Shown in pieces: positions 57,481 to 64,000 of a stretch of 64,000 nucleotides of DNA. Made by a program: the position numbers and the translations under genes. The DNA is from Macrostomum lignano (lineage: Eukaryota), in the NCBI GenBank assembly GCA_002269645.1, contig NIVC01000107.1:186001-250000 (forward strand), in the 5' to 3' direction. The notes below the pieces were generated by a model. The model saw nothing but the letters and a program-made list of their open reading frames with translations. It was not told the DNA's origin and did no database searches. Position 1 is the first letter of the stretch, and each line of letters opens with the position of its first letter.

Positions 57481-58101
57481 TCTATCTGTTCAATTTGTCT
57501 TAACAGATCGATTCAGCTGTCCATACTATAGGAAAAATTTTGCTTCTCATTCAACGAAGTTCTTGCAGTAATTTATGTCTAAAGAAGAACTTTAAAAAGT
57601 TCAGTTTAATGCATGATTGCCCTTTTCACTGTTTTATCCTAATTGCTTGTCCGCGCGCTGCTGCAGATGTGCCGTCACAGATAAAGGTCTTAAAAAGAAC
57701 GCAGATTAACATATCTTATCTGCAGATCTGCTCCTGCAGATCTTATCTGCAGATCTGCTCCTGCAGATCTTATCTGCAGATCTGCTCCAGCAGATTAACA
57801 TACACTCCAACAGCGCGACTGCAAAGCAGTTGCAAATTTCGTGTTTTAGCTACTAATTAGCTGCCGAGGCAAAGTTTTCATATACTCACGCTTTTTAGAA
57901 TGCAGCTCAGATAAGCCGATTCGATTATTCAGAAATTTGAGCACCTCGAAGGCCTGTCTTGGGCCTGTAGAACTTTAATGCTATAATCTCTAGAGAGCTT
58001 TGACTTAGCTGCAGGGTGGTCCGTAGACACAGCGGGGAGGCGAGGGTCGCCCATTCCGCTAGCCCCTGAAGGCCCGCAGACAGGCAGAGGCGTGGGGCCG
58101 G

Positions 58102-61100
58102 TCAGGGTGGTCCGCCGGTCCGTCCTGCAGCGTGATCTTCCGTTGGGAAGAAACTGGCTCGTCTAGTCGCCCGAAGGAACTGGATGAGCCGTGGGATGCT
58201 GTCGGGCTGGCAAACCTCGTCAATGGACGGGTTCGGCCCGAGGTAGCGTAGCCGGTCTCTGTTAAAGAAAGGGCAGTGACAGACAAAGTGCTGAGCATCT
58301 TCATTGTCGCACTCGCAAAAGGGGCAAATTTCGCTCTCGAGGTCGCCTCGGAGGAAGCAGTGCCTGGCGAGGTAGCCATGGCCGGTAAGGGTCATGACAA
58401 GGGCTCGAATATCCTTCCGATTCTGGTTCAGAAGGATGTTTCTGAGCCTGTGAGACGGGCAAGGAACCGCGGCACGAGATTGCCGGCAGTTTTGGGTGCC
58501 CGCCCATCTGTCCCTGTGGAGGGAGTCAGCCCAGTCGTCGATCTGACGATTGATGACTGTCAAGGGCATAGGGACCAGGGGGCAGGGCCGAAAAAAGAGC
58601 CAGAGCCGCCCCTCTTGGCGAGGGTGTCTGCCAGCTCGTTCCCCGGAAACCCTGCGTGCCCTGGGATCCACTTCAGCCTGACAGTATTGCTTCTGGCCAG
58701 GAGGTTGAGCTGCCGGGCGCAGTCGGCGACTGTCCGGGAGTTCGTTGTGGTGTGGCAAAGGGCCTGTAAGGCCGCTTGGCTGTCGGAGTGGATGACAATA
58801 GTCTTTCCTCTCGTAACCTTGGCGTTTAGCTCTGCAGCGCAAGAGCTGATGGCAAGGACTTCGTTCTGGAAGACTGTGGAGAGTCTACCAGTGTGCTGGG
58901 CATGCGTGGCAATTACGCGGCCGTTGATGATGATGCAGACCCCAAAGCCGGCGCGACCGTCTTTGATGGATCCGTCCGTGTAGCAATGGACCTCCTGGAA
59001 ATTCCAGTGGTCATTGGCAGCATCCCTAGAGGGGATGGTGACCTTGTAGCGCTGAAAGAGGTTGAGAGTGCGGGGTTCGCCGTCAGATAGGACGTGGAGC
59101 CCGCCGCTGTCTCTCAAGTCCTTGAGGCAGAGGTCAGCGTGGGGCAGAAGCTTGCGCTTAGCCATGGCCCTATGGGGCTGGATTCGAATGCCAGCGTCAG
59201 CTAGACGGCGGGCAGTCTTAGCCGCTTCCCTGCGGACAAAGATGTCCAGCGGAGGAATGTTGAGGAAGGCGTTGAGGCCATCGTAAGGAGCAGACGGAGG
59301 GGCGCTCATGATCGTGCGACAAGCGCGCCCTTGCGCTCTCCTGAGAGCCTCTAGACAGGTCTTTATCTGCAGGGCGCTAGCCCAGATCAGGCCGCCATAC
59401 GAGATAGCGGGCCTAACCATTGCAGTGTAGATCCACCAGAGGCGCTTGGGGGTGAGCCCCCAGGTGGTGCCGACGGCCCTGCGCAATTGCGCGAGGACTG
59501 CGAAGGCCTTTTTGGCTTTTGTTTGAACGTGGGGAGACCAGTTCAGCCTGTGGTCCAGGGTAATACCCAGACATTTAGTCTGCTTGCAGAAGGGGATTTC
59601 CCTTCCGTAAAGCGTGAGCGGCCGAATCTGCCACTTGGTCCTGCTGGTGAACATGATCGCTGCGGTCTTAGTCTCAGAGAGCCTTAAACCACAGCGGTCC
59701 GCCCATTGCTCAGCAGCGTAGATGAAGTTCTGAAGAAGGTCCCTGAGGGTATCAGGGGACGGACCAGATGCCACCGCGGTGACATCGTCCGCATATCCAA
59801 CTTTCAGAATGGGGTCAGGCCGAACATCCCGGAGGAGCTCATCGATGACCATATTCCAGAGAACTGGAGACAGCACCCCACCTTGCGGGCTACCTTTGCA
59901 GACGGGGACCGTCCTCTGGTAGCCCAGCAGACTGGCGGTGGCCGTGCGATGGCTGATCATGTACATGATCCATCTGGTGAGATGTGAGTGCGTTAGCCTC
60001 TCACAAAGAGCTCTTCGGAACGCCTCAAAGAGGACGTTATCGAAGGCGCCAATGATGTCCAGGAAGATCCCCAGAGCAAAGCCACTACCAAGCACGGCCT
60101 TCTCGAGTTTATCGACCAGGACGTGCAGCGCGCTTTCAGTGGAGCGACCCGCCCGAAAAGCGTGCTGGTTCTCGCTGAGAGGTTTGTTCTTCAGCTCAAC
60201 AGAGAGAAGGCGCCAAAGCACCAGTCTCTCCATCAGCTTGACCAGGGAGGAGGTCAAGCTGATCGGTCTGAAGGATTTGATAGAATGGTAGTCCGGGCGG
60301 CCTGGCTTAGGGATAAAGATCACCTTTGCCTCGGTCCATGCCTGCGGGACATAACCAAGCGTGATGCATGCCCGAAGAAGGCTGCAAAGTTTGCGCAGGA
60401 AGCCTGGGCATTTAACCGCCTCTCTTAGAAGGGCCGGTACAATGCCGTCGGGTCCTGGGGCTTTGAAAGGCTTGAAGGAATTTGCCGCTCTCACAATGCG
60501 GTCCTCCGTGATGATAGATGCAGCCAGCGCGTGACCTCCCTCCGAGTGATCCGGAGTGGTCTGGTTAGCTGGCTCGTTAGGGAAAAACGCAGTGAGCATT
60601 ACATCAAGCGTTTCCCCTGGGTTGTCCGTGGACGTACCGTCGGTGCGTTTGACCGAGGAGAGCTTAGACATTTTGTCCAGCGTGAGCGCTTTCACAACTC
60701 TGGAGGTGGGGCGTGAGCCCTCTAGCTCCTCACAGTATTGTCGCCATTTTTGAGCCTTTGCATTCCTAACCTGCCTTTTAAACTCATGAATTGCTTCATG
60801 ATAGGCGGTTTGGTCTGCAGGGCTCTTAGTTTTAGTTGCTCTGCGGTGGAGTCTCTTAGCCCTGCGACGGAGGTTGCCGAGCTCGGGATTCCACCACGGC
60901 GCCGATTTTTTCCCTTTATAGGCTTTTAAAGGGCAGGACGCCTCAAAGGCGGCGGTTAGCGTCTCTGTCAAAACAGTCGCGCACTCATCCGCCTCTCGGC
61001 ACGACGTGATCGTGAATGGTTGGCCAGGAGACCGATGGAATTCCTTCAGGGCGAGCCCGAAGGTTTCCCAATCAGTATTTCTGGCGTTCCGTCTCCACAT

Positions 61101-61805
61101 AACACGAGTTGCGCTACGCGCGGCCATTAGGTTGAAGGAGATGAACTTGTGATCCGATAGTGAGGACACTGGAAGCACCCGCCACGCCCCAATACTCTGG
61201 TAGAGTCTGGGCGTTGCGAGCGTAGCGTCGATCACCTCCGACCACCGTCCGTTGTCAAAGGTAGGGGTGGACCCAGAGTTGCAGAACTCGAGGGTCGTAG
61301 AGGCAACGTAGGCTAGGAGGTCTTCGCCTCTCTGATTAATGCCAGTGCTGCCCCAGTGAGTGTGGTGGGCGTTGATGTCGCCGGCAACCATGAGCTCGTA
61401 GTTTTTGGCAGAGCAGAGCTCTACCAGCGTAGCGAGGGCTCTGGGGACGACCGCAGCATCGCCTGGTAGGTAAACCGAGGCAATGAGGGTGGTCTTCCCA
61501 GGAAGAAGGTCCTCGGATTGGATGACGCAGATGTCCCTGTTGGACAGGTCCGATCTGAGCCACGCACTGAGCGTTTTGCTCGCAAAGATGCAAGCTCTGG
61601 GAGGCTGGTTGGCCTCGCGAGGGTAAGTATAAAAACAATTGTAGCCAGCAGGGGCGTTTTGAGGCTTACCTCTGAGAGTCCAGGGTTCCTGGACGAGGAT
61701 GAGCCCCGGCTTGTCGAGCTCGGCGTAACGCATAAGGTTGACCGAGGCTGCGACGCAGTGCTGCAGATTAATCTGCAGGCAATGGATTCCCTGGTTGCTG
61801 ATCAT
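58102..61805 (-). CDS. LINE ORF2: APE endonuclease, reverse transcriptase, RNase H, C-terminal CCHC; one frameshift at ~58580
   Basis: QINLQH, VQEPW, GDINAH, SDH, APGPDG, FRPISL, QHAFR, QGGVLSP, YADD, YTDGS and WIPGH, then CPFC..EDAQHFVCHC in the shifted frame. Confidence 0.93.
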
Positions 61806-61807
61806 TA

Positions 61808-63274
61808 TCACGCAGTTGGGGAATCGTTGAGCAGGTCATCCTCCTCCTTTTCAGTGGTGGGTGACCCGCAGACCTCCATGGGAGTTTCAGCGTCCTCAGC
61901 AGTTAGGGTGGCTGTGGAGTCCTCCGCGGACGTGAGCCCAGCGTGGACGTTACCGTCGCCTCTCCTGCGTGCTTCGGTGCTGTCACTGCCCGTCCCCTCT
62001 GCCTCGTCGGTCAGGTCGATGCGGGTGGCGCCAGCCTCCTGGTGAGTCACAGACTCGAACCAGTCGGTCGGAGCCTCCCCGCTTAGAGTCTGGCCTTCTG
62101 GCTGTTGGGGTGGAGCGCGAGAAGCGCGGGCCCGCTCACGATGCGCACGAAGGTTCTTGGCCTGGTCCAGCGCGCGCTGGATCAGGCCGGACCTCCGGGT
62201 GCTCCTGGCGGGTCTGCGATTGCGATTTCCGGTTTCAGCAGCGCGAACTGCCTTACCGGGCATAGGATCGGCCGTTTGCCTCGGCTTCTTTGCCGGAGGA
62301 GCCTGGGCCCCAGTTCCGGTTTCGGAAGCTTTGGCATTCTTGGCTTCATCAGCTTTCCGCTCCTCGCAACGGAGGATGGTCAGCTGAGTCAGACCAATAT
62401 GAATTGTGGACTTAGGCGGCAAGCGCTTAGCCCAGTCATCAGAGAGCCCTAGGATCACCGTAGCCCCCTTCTCCTTGCGGGAAGTGGCGTGGTGTAGGAG
62501 CCCGTTGACCTTAAGGTCGGGGTGCAGCTTTAGCAATATTTGCCTAAGCTGATCTCCGGACTTAATGGCACTGCCGGCCGGGATCCAGACGCGAAAGCGC
62601 TGGGTCTTCTGTCGTTCGCCCTCGCTGGCGAAGACGAGCTTGCCGAGCTTCTTGGGCCAGTTCAGCTTTGGCAGAAGCTCGCGTAGATTGCGGCTGCTCT
62701 CCTCCGAGCTGCACCAGATGAAGATGCAGCCGTCGGTCTTGGCAGACTTGACCACGCTCACAGGGCGGCCCGCCAGGAGCTGGTCGATGAGCGCAGCATC
62801 GATGGTGCGCCAGGCACTGTCGAGCTCGTCGGCCGTGAGGTCCTGCTCTTCCCCGAAGACGATGACCGCCGGTTGGAGCTTGACCTTTGAGGCGTAGTTG
62901 GTGGCGGCGGTTCCCGAAGGCCCGGCCGCGCTTGTAGCAGGTATACTGGGTGGCTCACCAGCGGGGGTTGTATCCTGGGGGGCAGGGGTTGCTGTGGTTC
63001 CTTTCGGCCCAACAGCAGCCTCGCCCTCCCTAGGTTCCCCTTCCGCCGGTGGCCGGCCCGCAGTACCCCGTAGTCGCCGTCGCCGCTCGTTGCGGCGTTG
63101 GTTGCGGGTGCGTCGGGCTTCAGCGGAGGGCCCGGTTGCGCGTGCGGGCATGTCACCAGCCGAGCCGGCGGCAAGCCTATCTGCCCCCGGTGGGGCGGCG
63201 CTGGTGCCAGAGTCACCGGCCGGAGTTGCCGGGGCCCCGGCTTCAGCGGGGGTTAAAGAGGCGGATGACGCCAT
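61808..63274 (-). CDS. LINE ORF1 (488 aa)
   Basis: An intact ORF directly upstream of ORF2, with an Arg-rich N-terminal stretch and a globular middle region. No CCHC knuckle was seen. Confidence 0.85.
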   Translation of the reverse strand: MASSASLTPAEAGAPATPAGDSGTSAAPPGADRLAAGSAGDMPARATGPSAEARRTRNQRRNERRRRLRGTAGRPPAEGEPREGEAAVGPKGTTATPAPQDTTPAGEPPSIPATSAAGPSGTAATNYASKVKLQPAVIVFGEEQDLTADELDSAWRTIDAALIDQLLAGRPVSVVKSAKTDGCIFIWCSSEESSRNLRELLPKLNWPKKLGKLVFASEGERQKTQRFRVWIPAGSAIKSGDQLRQILLKLHPDLKVNGLLHHATSRKEKGATVILGLSDDWAKRLPPKSTIHIGLTQLTILRCEERKADEAKNAKASETGTGAQAPPAKKPRQTADPMPGKAVRAAETGNRNRRPARSTRRSGLIQRALDQAKNLRAHRERARASRAPPQQPEGQTLSGEAPTDWFESVTHQEAGATRIDLTDEAEGTGSDSTEARRRGDGNVHAGLTSAEDSTATLTAEDAETPMEVCGSPTTEKEEDDLLNDSPTA

Positions 63275-63939
63275 AGCTGAAAGCGGGAAGGAGTGAGCTG
63301 AGTCACAAAAGAAAGAGGAAAGAAGAAAAAGAAAAGGACCGCTAGCGACCGGACAACCCCCCGGCCTTCCAGCCCATCGGCACGGTCAAACACCTTAGGC
63401 ATTAGGGGGTACGTTAAGCAGTACCACGGCCTGCAGGCTGGCAAGCCAGACCCGCATACCCAAATTCGGCCGAAGCCACTGGATGGGTCGCCAGCGTCGG
63501 AGCCCAGTCTGTCCAGCAGCCCTAGGGTCTGCCTTGAACACACGCGGGGACGAGTACCCTGGGTCGACTTGTGAAACAGCGTGAGGGGGGGGGGTCTGCG
63601 GCTGCCAGTGGCAAATAGCGGGTGCAGACCTCCCTCTCCAGCCTTGACCTGCTGAATATAGGGGCAGGCGTGAAGCATCGCAGACCGTAGCCCTTAGGCC
63701 TGGTCTGTCTCATACTTCACTGGCGTGCTGAATACACCTTCGCGTGCCTCTAGAGAGCTGTTGTTGAGCATCTGTGAGTTGAGGCGGGCTAGCCATGTAC
63801 AGTAGTACATGCCTACGTCACGTCAGATTTCAGAAGCGTGCGTTATGGTGCTGTGCCGATTTAACAAATGCCCACCTTAAATCTGATATTAGCATCTTCC
63901 CTTAAATCATCTATTTCTCCCTGCATCTTTTGTTCCCCC

Positions 63940-64000
63940 ATCATCTGTCTCCCTGCACCATCTCTGTATCCCTGCATCACGTCCGTCTCCCTGCATCATC
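63940..64000. repeat. Start of a ~17-bp repeat (TCTGTCTCCCTGCACCA variants) running off the window
   Basis: Read directly from the sequence. Confidence 0.6.

Larger units (their letters stand above)
58000..63747 (-). mobile_element. Full-length non-LTR retrotransposon, LOA/R1-like, with RNase H
   Basis: ORF1 + ORF2 (APE-RT-RNase H-zinc knuckle), flanked by the identical 12-mer CTCTAGAGAGCT at 57988-57999 and 63748-63759 (candidate TSD). Confidence 0.9.

Overview
Eukaryotic (animal) genomic DNA, not prokaryotic. It shows GT-AG spliced genes with very GC3-rich exons, AT-rich decayed transposon debris and about 30 different minisatellite or microsatellite arrays. The style resembles a free-living flatworm such as Macrostomum, but that is inference only. 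Genes reconstructed by hand: the 5' part of an ADAM17/TACE-like metalloprotease (minus strand, leaves the window at position 1), a two-exon 64-aa secreted cystine-knot-like peptide, MPP10, mitochondrial-type acetyl-CoA acetyltransferase (ACAT1), a 555-aa coiled-coil plus death-domain protein, a degenerate AGC-like kinase, a class A GPCR with a long unrecognised ectodomain, and signal peptide peptidase (HM13). Mobile elements: a full-length LOA/R1-like LINE with a candidate 12-bp TSD, a heavily decayed LINE, a Merlin derivative, hAT-type MITEs, a CORE-like SINE and a CCAAT-repeat element present twice. Most long ORFs in the supplied track are artefacts of tandem repeats or antisense shadows. 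All coordinates, splice models and copy numbers were read by eye; no database search was run.
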